64,000 bases of DNA. Source: an uncultured Gammaproteobacteria bacterium. GTDB taxonomy: Bacteria; Pseudomonadota; Gammaproteobacteria; JAURND01. Made by a program: the position numbers and the translations under genes. Numbering within the stretch: the stretch's first letter is position 1; every line of letters starts with the position of its first letter. A model generated the notes under the pieces. The model saw only the letters and a program-made list of their open reading frames with translations. It had not been told where the DNA came from and ran no database searches. The stretch covers positions 160,001 through 224,000 of the forward strand of contig CAVQQD010000002.1 of NCBI GenBank assembly GCA_963714975.1, in the 5' to 3' direction. Below are positions 42,140-52,989 of this stretch, piece by piece.

Positions 42140-42260
42140 TTCTTCTCCCCCTTGGGGGAGAAGGTGCCGAAGGCGGCGGCGGATGAGGGATATTCTGAAG
42201 GCCCTCTTGCTCCCCCTCATCCGGCCTGCGGCCACCTTCTCCCCCAAGGGGAGAAGGAAT
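42140..42260. repeat. Family A inverted doublet between fusA and tuf
   Basis: Two opposed consensus copies. Confidence 0.9.
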
Positions 42261-42316
42261 AATGCCAAAGGTTTATTGGGGGAGAGGGGATTTATTAATA
42301 TTAAAAGAGGTTAATT

Positions 42317-43504
42317 ATGGGCAAAATGAAATTTGAGCGTACGCTCCCGCATGTCAATGTAGGAACCATAGGACACGTAGACCATGGTAAGACGACTCTG
42401 ACTGCCGCAATCACTAAAGTCATGCAAAAGTATGGGTTGCCGGCCTATGCCTTTGATCAAATTGATAAAGCGCCCGAAGAAAAAGCGCGCGGGATCACGA
42501 TTGCCACAGCACATGTGGAATACCAATCGCCCAATCGCCATTATGCTCACGTGGACTGCCCAGGCCATGCGGATTATGTGAAGAACATGATTACCGGTGC
42601 GGCGCAAATGGATGGAGCCATCTTGGTCGTCTCTGCTGCAGATGGTCCGATGCCACAAACCCGAGAACACATCTTATTAGCCCGTCAGGTGGGTGTGCCC
42701 AAGATTGTAGTATTTTTGAACAAAGTGGATATGGTTGACGATCCTGAATTATTAGAGCTAGTCGAGATGGAAGTCAGAGATTTATTGAATAAATATGATT
42801 TCCCAGGAGACGATACCCCCATCATCCGAGGATCCGCATTAAAGGCCTTGGAAGGAGATAGCAGTGACATTGGCACCGTGGCGATTGAGAAATTAGTCCA
42901 GGCCATGGACGATTACATCCCAATTCCTGATCGTCCCGTAGACCAACCCTTCTTGTTGCCGATTGAAGATGTGTTTTCGATTTCAGGTCGCGGCACTGTA
43001 GTCACGGGTCGCATCGAGCGCGGAGTTGTCAAGGTTGGGGAAGAAGTGGAGATTATTGGCTTAAGAGCGACGCAGAAAACGATTTGCACCGGAGTGGAGA
43101 TGTTCCGCAAGCTGTTGGATCAAGGTCAAGCCGGAGACAATGTCGGGGCATTACTCAGAGGGATCAGTCGAGAAGATGTAGAGCGAGGCCAAGTATTGGC
43201 CAAGCCTGGAAGCATTAAGCCGCATACGAAGTTTGAAGCCGAGGTATACGTGTTATCGAAAGATGAGGGAGGCAGACACACCCCATTTTTCAAAGGATAT
43301 CGTCCGCAATTTTACTTCCGTACCACGGACGTCACCGGGGAAGTCCATTTACCGGCAGATGTGGAGATGGTGATGCCGGGGGATAATATCACTGTGACAA
43401 TTGTATTAATATCGCCGATTGCGATGGAGAAGGGCTTGAAATTCGCCATTCGAGAAGGTGGTCGCACGGTGGGTGCAGGTATTGTTTCGAAGGTAATTGA
43501 ATAA
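42317..43504 (+). CDS. tuf: Elongation factor Tu (copy 2)
   Basis: Protein identical to copy 1 except one A/S difference near the C-terminus. Confidence 0.99.
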   Translation: MGKMKFERTLPHVNVGTIGHVDHGKTTLTAAITKVMQKYGLPAYAFDQIDKAPEEKARGITIATAHVEYQSPNRHYAHVDCPGHADYVKNMITGAAQMDGAILVVSAADGPMPQTREHILLARQVGVPKIVVFLNKVDMVDDPELLELVEMEVRDLLNKYDFPGDDTPIIRGSALKALEGDSSDIGTVAIEKLVQAMDDYIPIPDRPVDQPFLLPIEDVFSISGRGTVVTGRIERGVVKVGEEVEIIGLRATQKTICTGVEMFRKLLDQGQAGDNVGALLRGISREDVERGQVLAKPGSIKPHTKFEAEVYVLSKDEGGRHTPFFKGYRPQFYFRTTDVTGEVHLPADVEMVMPGDNITVTIVLISPIAMEKGLKFAIREGGRTVGAGIVSKVIE

Positions 43505-43821
43505 TGGCGAAGAAAAATCAAAGAATATTGATACGTTTGAGAGCTTTTGATCATTGTTTGATCGATACCGCAATGCGAGAGATTGTGGATACTGCCAAGC
43601 GTACCGGGGCGCAAATTCGAGGCCCCATACCGTTACCAACACGTCTTGAGAGCTTTTCAGTTTTGATTTCACCTAATGCTGATAAGATCGCGCAAGATCA
43701 GTATGAAATGCGCACGCACAAGCGATTGGTAATTATTGTTCAGCCTACGGATAAAACAGTAGACGCTTTAATGAAGCTTGATTTAGCTGCTGGGGTAGAC
43801 GTACAAATAAGTGTGGATTAA
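43504..43821 (+). CDS. rpsJ: 30S ribosomal protein S10
   Basis: GPIPLPT and RTHKRL; synteny. Confidence 0.98.
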   Translation: MAKKNQRILIRLRAFDHCLIDTAMREIVDTAKRTGAQIRGPIPLPTRLESFSVLISPNADKIAQDQYEMRTHKRLVIIVQPTDKTVDALMKLDLAAGVDVQISVD

Positions 43822-43833
43822 TGCTAATGCCTT

Positions 43834-43915
43834 TTTCCTTAAGGAGAAGGGATCGAAGCGAACGCTAACCCCTTCTCCCCTTGGGGAGAAGGTGCCGAAG
43901 GCGGATGAGGGGGGG
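43834..43915. repeat. Family A palindromes between rpsJ and rplC
   Basis: One degenerate and one consensus copy. Confidence 0.85.
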
Positions 43916-43937
43916 AAATACTAGTGGAGTTAATAAT

Positions 43938-44594
43938 ATGTCCATAGGGTTAGTTGGCCGTAAGTACGGCATGACGCGAGTTTTTACCGGAGAGGGTGTC
44001 TCAATTCCAGTGACGGCACTTTTAGTGGATCAAAACTATATCGTCCAAATTAAGACAAATGAAAAAGATGGCTACAGGGCACTGCAGGTTTCGGCGGGCT
44101 CGCAGTTAGCATCGCGTATTAACAAGCCATTAGCCGGGCATTATGCGAAAGCGGGTGTGGCAGCGGGCCGTGGCTTGTGGGAATTCCCTTTAGCTGAGGG
44201 TGAAGCAGAGGAGCTTTCTGTAGGATCTTCATTAACTATGGATTTGTTCCAAATCGGGCAAAAAGTAGATATTACTGGGGTTACGAAGGGTAAAGGTTTT
44301 GCTGGAACCATCAAGCGGCATCACTTCCATTCACAGGATGCTACCCATGGAAATTCTTTGGCGCATCGGGTTCCTGGATTTGTGGGTATGAATCAAAGTC
44401 CTGGTCGTGTCTTTAAAGGTAAAAAGATGGCGGGGCAGTTAGGGAATGTACAACGTACTCTGCAGAATCAAGAAATTGTTCTTATTGATACCGCTCGTAA
44501 TTTATTGTTTGTAAAAGGAGTGGCGCCAGGTGCAGTAGGTGGATATGTATTAATTAAGCCTTCGGTCAAACATTCAAAGAAAGAAGAGAGATAG
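43938..44594 (+). CDS. rplC: 50S ribosomal protein L3
   Basis: [27 protein letters not shown]. Confidence 0.98.
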   Translation: MSIGLVGRKYGMTRVFTGEGVSIPVTALLVDQNYIVQIKTNEKDGYRALQVSAGSQLASRINKPLAGHYAKAGVAAGRGLWEFPLAEGEAEELSVGSSLTMDLFQIGQKVDITGVTKGKGFAGTIKRHHFHSQDATHGNSLAHRVPGFVGMNQSPGRVFKGKKMAGQLGNVQRTLQNQEIVLIDTARNLLFVKGVAPGAVGGYVLIKPSVKHSKKEER

Positions 44595-44598
44595 TCAC

Positions 44599-45216
44599 AT
44601 GCACATTAGTATTATCACTCCGGGGCAATCCGAGAAAACGACCATAGAAGTCTCTGATAGAGCTTTTAGTTGTGTATATAACGAAGCTTTAGTGCATCAG
44701 GTTGTGACTGCCTACCAGGCAGGTGCACGTGCGGGTACTAAAGCCCAGAAAACCCGCGCTGAGGTGAGTGGCGGTGGTGCTAAACCTTGGCGACAAAAAG
44801 GTACAGGCCGTGCTCGGGCTGGCTCTATTCGTAGTCCTTTGTGGCGAAAAGGCGGTAAGATTTTTGCAGCAGTGCCACGAAGTTATGCGCAAAAAGTCAA
44901 TCGAAAGATGTACCAAGGGGCTATGCGTTCAATTTTATCTGAATTATCGCGTCAAGATCGTTTAGTTGTAGTTAATGATTTCTTGTTAGACCAGCCAAAG
45001 ACTAAGGCCTTATTAATTAAATTAAACGAATTAAATCTGCAAAATACCTTAATTGTCAGTGATAGCATTGATCGCAACTTAATTTTGGCTGCAAGAAATT
45101 TACATAAAGTGCTACTGTGCACACCTGAACAGGTCACTCCCGTTAATTTGATTGCTTTTGATAAGGTGTTGTTCACAGTTAATGCAGTAAAACAAGTGGA
45201 GGCTGTATTACAATGA
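44599..45216 (+). CDS. rplD: 50S ribosomal protein L4
   Basis: [14 protein letters not shown]. Confidence 0.99.
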   Translation: MHISIITPGQSEKTTIEVSDRAFSCVYNEALVHQVVTAYQAGARAGTKAQKTRAEVSGGGAKPWRQKGTGRARAGSIRSPLWRKGGKIFAAVPRSYAQKVNRKMYQGAMRSILSELSRQDRLVVVNDFLLDQPKTKALLIKLNELNLQNTLIVSDSIDRNLILAARNLHKVLLCTPEQVTPVNLIAFDKVLFTVNAVKQVEAVLQ

Positions 45217-45515
45217 GCTATACATTTCCTGAAGAAAAACTCATGAAAATTTTGTTAGAGCCACGAATTACTGAAAAAAGCTCTTTGGTAAGTCAGTATC
45301 GACAATATGTATTTAAGGTCCACAAGGATGCCACTAAGCCAGACATCAAACGGGCTGTGGAGTTTTTATTTGAAGTCGAAGTAGAGGCGGTACAAGTAAG
45401 TTTAGTGAAAAGCAAGGCAAAACGTTTTGGCGGCATTCAAGGTCGGCGTAAAGGTTGGAAAAAGGCCTATGTTAAATTGGCAGAAGGTTACAAAATAGAA
45501 TTTGCTACTGCGTAG
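45213..45515 (+). CDS. rplW: 50S ribosomal protein L23
   Basis: P.ITEKS and WKKAYV. Confidence 0.98.
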   Translation: MSYTFPEEKLMKILLEPRITEKSSLVSQYRQYVFKVHKDATKPDIKRAVEFLFEVEVEAVQVSLVKSKAKRFGGIQGRRKGWKKAYVKLAEGYKIEFATA

Positions 45516-45529
45516 GGATTATTTAGACT

Positions 45530-45630
45530 GCGCCCGTGGCGTGAATCCACAGGCTTGCCCAAGAGGGAGAGTTGCACTTCTCCCTCTTGGTAATCCCCCC
45601 TGGCTTTGTTCATGGGCTTACGTCCATGGC
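45530..45630. repeat. Structured palindromic spacer between rplW and rplB
   Basis: Central CCAAGAGGGAGA/TCTCCCTCTTGG stem flanked by degenerate hairpins. Confidence 0.65.
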
Positions 45631-45652
45631 TTATTTTAGGAGCTATAAAAGT

Positions 45653-46479
45653 ATGTTAGTGAAAAGCAAACCCACGTCTCCAGGGCGTCGGTTTTTAATC
45701 AAAGTGGTCAATCCAGAATTGCATAAAGGCCCTCCGTGCAAGGCATTATTGAAGAAGAAAATCCGCAGCGGTGGGCGTAACAATCAAGGTCGGATTACCG
45801 TTCGTCAACATGGGGGCGGCCATAAAAAACATTATCGTGTTATTGATTTTAAACGTGATAAAGAAGGTATCGTGGGTGTTGTTGAGCGGTTGGAATATGA
45901 TCCCAATCGGACTGCTTATATTGCTCTAGTTTTATATAAAGATGGTGAGCGTCGTTACGTGATTGCTGCGAAGGGAATGGCTTAGTGGCGCAGAAATAGT
46001 TTCTGGGGTGAGGGCTCCGATCAAACCAGGCAATACGATGCCTTTACAAAACGTACCGATTGGCGCTACTATTCATTGCATTGAGCTAAAGCCTGGTAAA
46101 GGGGCGCAAATTGCGCGTAGTGCAGGTGCCTCAGCCCAATTAGTAGCACGTGATGGAGCTCATGCCTCAATTCGCTTGCGTTCGGGTGAAATACGTCGAG
46201 TGTTAGCTGCTTGCAAAGCGACCATTGGTGAAGTTTCTAATGCTGAAAATAATTTGCGTTCCTTGGGCAAGGCGGGTGCTTCGCGTTGGCGAGGCATTAG
46301 ACCCACCGTCCGAGGAGTTGCAATGAATCCTGTAGATCATCCTCATGGTGGTGGTGAAGGTAAAACTTCAGGGGGTCGTCACCCGGTTACTCCTTGGGGG
46401 CAGCCAACTAAAGGGCTATAAAACACGTAAAAATAAGCGTACTGCGAATCAAATTATTAAGGACCGCCGTGCTAAATAA
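45653..46479 (+). CDS. rplB: 50S ribosomal protein L2 (two apparent +1 frameshifts, near 45983 and 46413)
   Basis: EYDPNR and [17 protein letters not shown]; removing single extra bases restores the full-length protein. Confidence 0.95.
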
Positions 46480-46480
46480 A

Positions 46481-46524
46481 ATCCTTTTCCCCTTGTGGGA
46501 GAAGGTGCTGAAGGCGGATAAGGG
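46481..46524. repeat. Family A palindrome between rplB and rpsS
   Basis: Degenerate consensus copy. Confidence 0.85.
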
Positions 46525-46550
46525 TAATATTTAAGAGGCAGGTAGAAAAT

Positions 46551-46835
46551 ATGTCGCGATCAATAAAAAAAGGTTATTTTGTCGATCATCATTTATTAAA
46601 CAAAATTCGAGAGGCATCCTCGAAGGATAGTAAGCGCCCCATAAAAACTTGGTCGCGTCGATCAATGGTTATTCCTGAAATGTTGGGCCTAACCATTGCT
46701 GTGCATAATGGTAAGCAGCACATCCCCGTTTATATTAATGAGAACATGGTAGGGCATAAGTTAGGAGAGTTTGCATTTACTCGTACTTTCTGAGCCCATT
46801 CTGGGGATAAAAAAGTCAAGAAAGAAGGTGAATAG
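46551..46835 (+). CDS. rpsS: 30S ribosomal protein S19 (in-frame TGA at 46791-46793; homology continues to TAG at 46835)
   Basis: KTWSRRS, HNGK, GHKLGEF, then *AHSGDKK. Confidence 0.95.
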
Positions 46836-46836
46836 T

Positions 46837-47175
46837 ATGGAAGTTGTAGCTAGAGCTAAAAATGCACGAATTTCCGCACAAAAAGCTCGATTAGTGGCGG
46901 ATTTAATTCGGGGTTACCTGTTGATAATGCATTAGATACTTTACGGTTTAGTCGAAAAAAAGCGGCAGCCCTGGTTAAAAAAGTTTTGGATTCTGCGATT
47001 GCAAATGCAGAACATAATGAGGGAGCTGATGTTGATCGAATTAAAAGTATCTACGGTTTATGTAGATGAAGGCCCGACTTTAAAACGGATGCATGCTCGT
47101 GCTAAAGGGCGAGGGGCACGCATTTTGAAACGCACCTGTCATATCACAGTCAAAGTTTCAGAAAATACTGAATAA
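46837..47175 (+). CDS. rplV: 50S ribosomal protein L22 (two compensating frameshifts; missing from ORF track)
   Basis: [39 protein letters not shown]. Confidence 0.93.
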
Positions 47176-47188
47176 GAGAGAGAGCTTC

Positions 47189-47872
47189 ATGGGACAAAAA
47201 GTAAATCCAGTAGGAATTCGCTTAGGTATTATTAAAGATTGGACCTCCACATGGTATGCAGGCAATCAATATGCTGATTACCTTAATACTGATATGAGAG
47301 TCAGAGCCTATTTGCAAAAAAAATTAGTGGGCGCTGGAGTAAGCCGCATTCAAATTCGCACGACCTGCACGCAATGCGCAAATTACTATTTACAGCGCTC
47401 GACCTGGCGTTATTATTGGAAAAAAAGGCGGAGATGTTGATGACTTAAGGCAGGCTGTTGCTCGACTGATGCGTGTTCCGGTGCACATTAATATCGAAGA
47501 AATTCGAAAACCTGAACTAGATGCTAAATTAGTAGCACAAAGTATTGCTCAGCAAATTGAGCGCCGCGTGATGTTTCGACGTGCTATGAAGCGTGCGGTA
47601 CAAAATGCCATGCGGCATGGCGCCTTAGGGATTAAAGTGACAGTCAGCGGCCGTTTAGGGGGGTCTGAAATTGCGCGTACTGAATGGTATCGTGAAGGTC
47701 GAGTGCCTTTACATACTTTTCGAGCTGATATTGATTATGCAACCGCTGAATTTCACAAACTACTTATGGTGTGATTGGTGTCAAGGTTTGGATTTTTAAA
47801 GGTGAAGTGTTTGGTCGAATAAACCAACAAGAAAAGCCGGTAGAACCATCTAATAAAGAGCAAAGTAGCTAA
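47189..47872 (+). CDS. rpsC: 30S ribosomal protein S3 (two apparent frameshifts)
   Basis: [40 protein letters not shown]. Confidence 0.95.
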
Positions 47873-47885
47873 AGAGGACTGAAGG

Positions 47886-48299
47886 ATGTTACAGCCAAAA
47901 CGAACGAAGTTCCGTAAACAATTTAAAGATCGAAATCGTGGTCTAGCGATTAGAGGATCGAAGATCAGCTTTGGTGAATTTGGTCTTAAAGCAACAGGTC
48001 GTGGTCGTCTGACAGCTCGACAACTTGAAGCAGCAAGACGAGCCATCACTCGTCATATTAAACGTGGTGGTAAAATTTGGATTCGGGTTTTTCCAGATAA
48101 GCCAATTACTAAAAAACCTTTAGAAGTGCGACAAGGCAAGGGTAAAGGTCCGGTTGAATATTGGGTCTTTCAAGTACAGCCAGGTCGTGTATTGTTTGAA
48201 ATTGAAGGTGTCCCTGAAGAATTAGCACGTGAGGCCTTTGCCTTAGCGGCAGCTAAATTGCCAATGGCTACCTCATTTGTTGAAAGGACGGTAATGTAA
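47886..48299 (+). CDS. rplP: 50S ribosomal protein L16
   Basis: [11 protein letters not shown] and [10 protein letters not shown]. Confidence 0.99.
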   Translation: MLQPKRTKFRKQFKDRNRGLAIRGSKISFGEFGLKATGRGRLTARQLEAARRAITRHIKRGGKIWIRVFPDKPITKKPLEVRQGKGKGPVEYWVFQVQPGRVLFEIEGVPEELAREAFALAAAKLPMATSFVERTVM

Positions 48300-48493
48300 T
48301 GAAAGCAAATGAATTAAGACAGAAAGAACCGGTTGGGCTTAAAGAAGAGTTGCGTGAGTTATATCGTGAACAATTTAACTTGCGAATGCAGGCTCAAGAA
48401 ACAGCTGGAAAGGGCCAACCGCAGGGGTTAAAGCGGGTTCGTCGTGATATAGCGCGAGTTAAAACCATACTGCGCGAAAAAGAGGAAAAATAA
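48299..48493 (+). CDS. rpmC: 50S ribosomal protein L29
   Basis: MKANELR and [10 protein letters not shown]. Confidence 0.97.
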   Translation: MKANELRQKEPVGLKEELRELYREQFNLRMQAQETAGKGQPQGLKRVRRDIARVKTILREKEEK

Positions 48494-48756
48494 TGACAGA
48501 GCCAGAGAAAAAAAATCTTCGCACCCTGGTGGGTAGGGTCATCAGTAATAAAATGCGTAAATCAGCAGTAGTTGCTGTTGAGCGGCGGGTTATCCACCCA
48601 ATCATAGGCAAGCATGTGCTTCGGTCGACTAACCTCACAATCGATGATCCAGGAAATGCCTGTCAAGACGGTGATGTGGTTAAAATCCGTGAACGCCGAC
48701 CTTTATCCAAAAATAAAAATTGGGAATTGGTTGAAGTCTTGGAAAAAAACCAATAG
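48493..48756 (+). CDS. rpsQ: 30S ribosomal protein S17
   Basis: [19 protein letters not shown]. Confidence 0.97.
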   Translation: MTEPEKKNLRTLVGRVISNKMRKSAVVAVERRVIHPIIGKHVLRSTNLTIDDPGNACQDGDVVKIRERRPLSKNKNWELVEVLEKNQ

Positions 48757-48786
48757 AATCACCCACCTTTGTGAGTGGAGAATATT

Positions 48787-49155
48787 ATGATACAAATGCA
48801 GTCCCTTCTCGATGTAGCTGATAATAGCGGCGCACGCAAGGTAATGTGTATTAAGGTGTTAGGGGGTTCAAAACGAAGATATGCTGGAATTGGCGATGTC
48901 ATTAAAGTGACGGTTAAAGAGGCAATTCCGCGTGGGAAAGTAAAGAAGGGTGATGTATACGATGCCGTGGTAGTTCGTACCAGAAATGGGGTTCGACGAC
49001 CTGATGGTTCAGTGATTAATTTTGATGGTAACGCTGTGGTTTTATTAAATCAGCAATTACAACCAATTGGCACGCGTATTTTTGGACCGGTGACCCGAGA
49101 GCTACGTACAGAGAAATTTATGAAAATTATTTCTTTAGCTCCGGAAGTTATTTAG
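48787..49155 (+). CDS. rplN: 50S ribosomal protein L14
   Basis: VADNSGA and GTRIFGPV. Confidence 0.99.
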   Translation: MIQMQSLLDVADNSGARKVMCIKVLGGSKRRYAGIGDVIKVTVKEAIPRGKVKKGDVYDAVVVRTRNGVRRPDGSVINFDGNAVVLLNQQLQPIGTRIFGPVTRELRTEKFMKIISLAPEVI

Positions 49156-49165
49156 TAGCGCGCAT

Positions 49166-49255
49166 GTCGTTCCTGCAGGAAGCAGGGATCCAGTCTGCAG
49201 GATGCAATGAGTTTCACATCCTTGTGGTCTGGATCCTGGCATCCTGCCGGGATGA
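49166..49255. repeat. Family B full-length copy between rplN and rplX
   Basis: Homologous to 9870-9962. Confidence 0.85.
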
Positions 49256-49275
49256 AGAACGGGAGGAGTCATTTA

Positions 49276-49605
49276 ATGGCAGCTAAAATTAAAAAAGGTG
49301 ATGAAGTAATTGTCATCAGAGGTAAATATAAAGGTCGTCGTGGCTCGGTGATTCGGAAAATGACTACTGGACGCATTTTAGTTGAGGGCGTTAACATCAT
49401 TTCCAAGCATGTGCGTCCTAATCCAAACTTAGGGATTCAAGGCGGAATTGACAAAAAAGAGGCGCCAATTGATGCTTCTAATGTAGCGATATTCAATCCG
49501 GTCACTCAAAAAGCCGACCGTGTTGGGTTTAAAATTCTAGAGAATGGCAACAAGGTTCGTTACTATAAATCCAATAACGAAATTATAGATATTGAGAAGG
49601 TCTGA
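49276..49605 (+). CDS. rplX: 50S ribosomal protein L24
   Basis: [13 protein letters not shown] and EAPI..SNV. Confidence 0.98.
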   Translation: MAAKIKKGDEVIVIRGKYKGRRGSVIRKMTTGRILVEGVNIISKHVRPNPNLGIQGGIDKKEAPIDASNVAIFNPVTQKADRVGFKILENGNKVRYYKSNNEIIDIEKV

Positions 49606-49612
49606 AAAAACC

Positions 49613-50161
49613 ATGGTAGCTCGATTGAAACAACAATATCATCAAGAAATAGTCCCAAGTTTGATGAAAAAATTTAATTATAGAAGTGTCATGCAAGTGC
49701 CACGACTAATGAAAATTACTTTAAATATGGGAGTGGGTGAGGCAACTTCTGATAAGAAAATCATTGATCATGCTACGTCAGATTTGGCGCGTATTTCAGG
49801 GCAAAAAGCGGTGGTTACGAATGCACGTCAATCTATTGCTGGCTTTAAAATTCGGGAGGGGTATCCTATTGGCTGTAAGGTGACTTTGCGCGGGGAACGG
49901 ATGTTTGAATTTTTGGATCGTTTAGTTAATATTGCGATTCCACGCATCCGAGATTTTAGAGGCATGAGTGCCAGGTCATTTGATGGTACAGGCAACTATA
50001 CCCTGGGCATTCGGGAGCAGATTGTTTTTCCTGAAATTGAATATGATAAAATTGACAAGCTTCGTGGGCTCAATATTACTATTACCATGACAGCTCAAAC
50101 TGATGCTGAAGGCCGTGCTTTATTAGCTGCTTTTAAGTTTCCATTTAAGGAGGGAGGTTAA
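49613..50161 (+). CDS. rplE: 50S ribosomal protein L5
   Basis: [24 protein letters not shown]. Confidence 0.99.
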   Translation: MVARLKQQYHQEIVPSLMKKFNYRSVMQVPRLMKITLNMGVGEATSDKKIIDHATSDLARISGQKAVVTNARQSIAGFKIREGYPIGCKVTLRGERMFEFLDRLVNIAIPRIRDFRGMSARSFDGTGNYTLGIREQIVFPEIEYDKIDKLRGLNITITMTAQTDAEGRALLAAFKFPFKEGG

Positions 50162-50168
50162 AAAATAA

Positions 50169-50474
50169 ATGGCAAAAAAATCGATGATTGCTCGTGAAAA
50201 ACGTCGAGTGGTGTTAAGTGAGCGAAATAAAACAAAACGTATTGCTTTGTCTATAACAATTGCCGATCCGAATTCTTCTTACGAAGAAAAGTTAGCTGCT
50301 GTTGTTAAATTGAATAAGAGGTCGCGCGATGAAAGCCCTTGTCGGGTAAAAAGACGATGTCAGCAATGTGGTCGACCAAGGGCTGTTTACCGAAGATTTG
50401 GTTTGTGTCGAATATGTTTAAGAGAAGCCGCTATGCGGGGTGATGTACCTGGACTAACTAAATCCAGTTGGTAA
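50169..50474 (+). CDS. rpsN: 30S ribosomal protein S14 (long form with CxxC/CxxC)
   Basis: [30 protein letters not shown]. Confidence 0.98.
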   Translation: MAKKSMIAREKRRVVLSERNKTKRIALSITIADPNSSYEEKLAAVVKLNKRSRDESPCRVKRRCQQCGRPRAVYRRFGLCRICLREAAMRGDVPGLTKSSW

Positions 50475-50493
50475 TTTCAAAAGAGGTTAATTC

Positions 50494-50888
50494 ATGAGCT
50501 TGCAAGATCCAATAGCCGATATGTTAACTAGGCTACGCAATGCCCAAGCAGTGGAAAAAAAGAAGTTAGTTTAATTTATTCACGAATAAATTTTGCTATC
50601 GCACAGCTTTTAAAAGAAGAAGGGTATATTCTCGACTGTCAGAAGTCGGAAGTGCTTGGTAAAGCGTCATTACGAGTAGAGTTAAAATATTTTCAAAATA
50701 AACCAGTAATCAGTTATATTAAACGGGTCAGCCGACCGGGACTACGCCGGTATTTAGGTACACGAGAGTTGCCTAAAATTTTAAATGGGCTTGGTATAGC
50801 CATTGTATCTACTCCTAAAGGTTTAATGACCGACAAAAAAGCTCGAGCAGTAGGTCATGGTGGTGAAGTATTGTGTTATGTCTACTAG
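50494..50888 (+). CDS. rpsH: 30S ribosomal protein S8 (frameshift in the poly-A run near 50560)
   Basis: QDPIADMLTRLRNA, LKEEGYI, SRPGLR, GGEVLC. Confidence 0.95.
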
Positions 50889-50903
50889 GGGTTAGGGGAG
50901 AGG

Positions 50904-51449
50904 ATGTCAAGAGTCGCAAAAAAATTAATTGAACTTCCTAAGGGAGTGGATGTTGCTGTTGAAGGACAACTCGTTACCATTAAAGGTGCGAAAGGAAATT
51001 TGCAAAAAACTGTCCACTTTGCGGTACGGGTAGTCAAAGAAGATAATGTGATTAAGTTACTACCACGCACAGATGCGGGGGTCGATTTTAAAATTGCCGA
51101 TGCCAATGCTGGGACAGCCCGGGCAAATTTACAGAACATGGTGATTGGAGTTAGCCAAGGATTTGAACGTAAGCTTGTTTTGATAGGGGTTGGTTACCGT
51201 GCTCAGGCTCAAGGTAATGAATTGTCTTTATCGTTAGGGTTTTCTCACCCAGTTAAGTATAGTGTTCCTAATGGAATTAGTATTGAAACTCCCAGTGCTA
51301 CGGAGGTTGTGGTTAAAGGGAGCGACATTGAAATGGTCGGCCAGGTGGCAGCCAATATTCGGTCTTTTAGGCCGCCTGAGCCTTATAAAGGTAAAGGAAT
51401 TCGCTATTTGAATGAGCAAATTGCTCTGAAAGAAGGTAAGAAGAAATAA
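50904..51449 (+). CDS. rplF: 50S ribosomal protein L6
   Basis: GVGYRA and PEPYKGKGI. Confidence 0.99.
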   Translation: MSRVAKKLIELPKGVDVAVEGQLVTIKGAKGNLQKTVHFAVRVVKEDNVIKLLPRTDAGVDFKIADANAGTARANLQNMVIGVSQGFERKLVLIGVGYRAQAQGNELSLSLGFSHPVKYSVPNGISIETPSATEVVVKGSDIEMVGQVAANIRSFRPPEPYKGKGIRYLNEQIALKEGKKK

Positions 51450-51796
51450 TGGATAAGAAGCTAGCTCGAATAAGAAGATCTATGCGTGGTCGATCTAGAA
51501 TGAAAACACTGGCCGCTATTCGCTTGTGTGTTCACAGAACACCTCAGCATATTTATGCCCAAGTCATTGATGGTTCCAATGTTTTGGTTTCTGCATCAAC
51601 CTTGGATGGGGAGTTTAAGAGTCAAACCGCCTCGTTGGGGAATGCCAAAGCTGCTAAAGAAGTGGGTAAATTGGTGGCTAAGCGTGCCTTGGAATTGGGA
51701 ATAAAAAAAGTTGCCTTTGATCGTAGCGGGTTTAAGTACCATGGTCGAGTCATGGCCTTAGCCGAAGGTGCTCGTGAAGGTGGGTTAGAATTTTAG
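51449..51796 (+). CDS. rplR: 50S ribosomal protein L18
   Basis: HIYAQ and [12 protein letters not shown]. Confidence 0.99.
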   Translation: MDKKLARIRRSMRGRSRMKTLAAIRLCVHRTPQHIYAQVIDGSNVLVSASTLDGEFKSQTASLGNAKAAKEVGKLVAKRALELGIKKVAFDRSGFKYHGRVMALAEGAREGGLEF

Positions 51797-51811
51797 CAAA
51801 AGGGTAATTTA

Positions 51812-52318
51812 ATGCGCAGCTATGATACTGCAACAACAAGTGATGGTAATCAAGAAAAGCTTGTTCATGTTCGACGCACAGCCAAAGTGGTAAAAGGAGG
51901 ACGCAAGTTTCGTTTTTCTGCTTTAGTTGTGGTGGGAAATGGTAAGGGAAGATTAGGTGTCGGGCGCGGTAAGGCGAACGAAGTGTCTGGCGCCATTGAG
52001 AAAGCGAATCAAAATGCCAGACGTAACATGATCCAAGTTGAGTTGTGTGGAACTACCTTGCAACATGCCGTTGTGGCTCGACATGGTGCCTCTAAAGTTT
52101 TAATTAAGCCTGCTTCAGAAGGAACCGGGGTCATCGCTGGAAATGCAATGCGAGCTGTGTTTGAAGTGATGGGTGTCAGCAATGTATTGGCAAAATGTAT
52201 TGGTTCTTCTAATCCTGTTAATGTAGTGAGAGCTACTATTAAAGGATTGCAATCAATAGTTTCTCCTTCCTATATTGCTGAGAAAAGGGGTAAATCTGTA
52301 GAAGAAATTTTGGAATAG
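51812..52318 (+). CDS. rpsE: 30S ribosomal protein S5
   Basis: KVVKGGR.F.F and [11 protein letters not shown]. Confidence 0.99.
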   Translation: MRSYDTATTSDGNQEKLVHVRRTAKVVKGGRKFRFSALVVVGNGKGRLGVGRGKANEVSGAIEKANQNARRNMIQVELCGTTLQHAVVARHGASKVLIKPASEGTGVIAGNAMRAVFEVMGVSNVLAKCIGSSNPVNVVRATIKGLQSIVSPSYIAEKRGKSVEEILE

Positions 52319-52323
52319 GCATT

Positions 52324-52518
52324 ATGACTCCGCAAGTTAAGCAAGTTAAAATTACGCTAGTGCGCAGCTTATGTAAATGTCTTCCTAAACACATTGCTTG
52401 TGCACATGGTTTAGGCTTACGTAAGATCAATCAAACAGTAGAATTACCTTACACCGATTGTAATCGTGGGATGATAAATAAAATATCTTATCTTCTTAAA
52501 ATAGAAAATATAACTTGA
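52324..52518 (+). CDS. rpmD: 50S ribosomal protein L30
   Basis: KITLVRS, GLGLRKI, RGMINK; synteny. Confidence 0.96.
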   Translation: MTPQVKQVKITLVRSLCKCLPKHIACAHGLGLRKINQTVELPYTDCNRGMINKISYLLKIENIT

Positions 52519-52554
52519 CGTCATTCCTGCGTCGATTTGAAATAGGAAAGTATT

Positions 52555-52989
52555 ATGCGTTTCAATACATTAAAACCAGCATTCGGATCAAAGAAAACGC
52601 CTAAGCGTGTGGGTAGAGGCATTGGTTCAGGATTAGGCAAAACTTGTGGTAGAGGCCATAAAGGACAGCGTGCAAGAGCCGGGGGATACCATAAAGTAGG
52701 TTTTGAAGGCGGGCAAATGCCTTTGCAACGTCGTCTGCCTAAATTTGGTTTCACTTCCTTGTCGGCAATTTATACCGCTGAAGTTCGCTTACATGAATTA
52801 AATAAAATTTCAGAAAATCAGGTATCTTTGGAGTTATTGAAGAAATTTAATATCATATCCAGTTGTATTTGCCGAGTAAAAATAATTGCTTCGGGTAAAA
52901 TTGATCGAGCTTTCACGTTCTCGGGGGTAAAGGTTACGGCAGGTGCAAAAGCAGCCATTGAAGCGGCAGGCGGGAAGGTTGTGGAATAA
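52555..52989 (+). CDS. rplO: 50S ribosomal protein L15
   Basis: [11 protein letters not shown] and GFEGGQMPL. Confidence 0.99.
   Translation: MRFNTLKPAFGSKKTPKRVGRGIGSGLGKTCGRGHKGQRARAGGYHKVGFEGGQMPLQRRLPKFGFTSLSAIYTAEVRLHELNKISENQVSLELLKKFNIISSCICRVKIIASGKIDRAFTFSGVKVTAGAKAAIEAAGGKVVE

Noticed and set aside
5255-43504. Two near-identical tuf genes as a novelty
   Set aside because: Duplicate tuf genes homogenised by gene conversion are normal in proteobacteria.
46791-46793. Genome-wide TGA reassignment
   Set aside because: TGA ends secE, nusG, rpoC, rplX and rpsK at their expected termini; tRNA-Trp has a CCA anticodon and TGG is used for Trp.
45653-50888. True pseudogenisation of rplB, rplV, rpsC and rpsH
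   Set aside because: These are essential genes with conserved sequence, and the indel pattern fits sequencing error.
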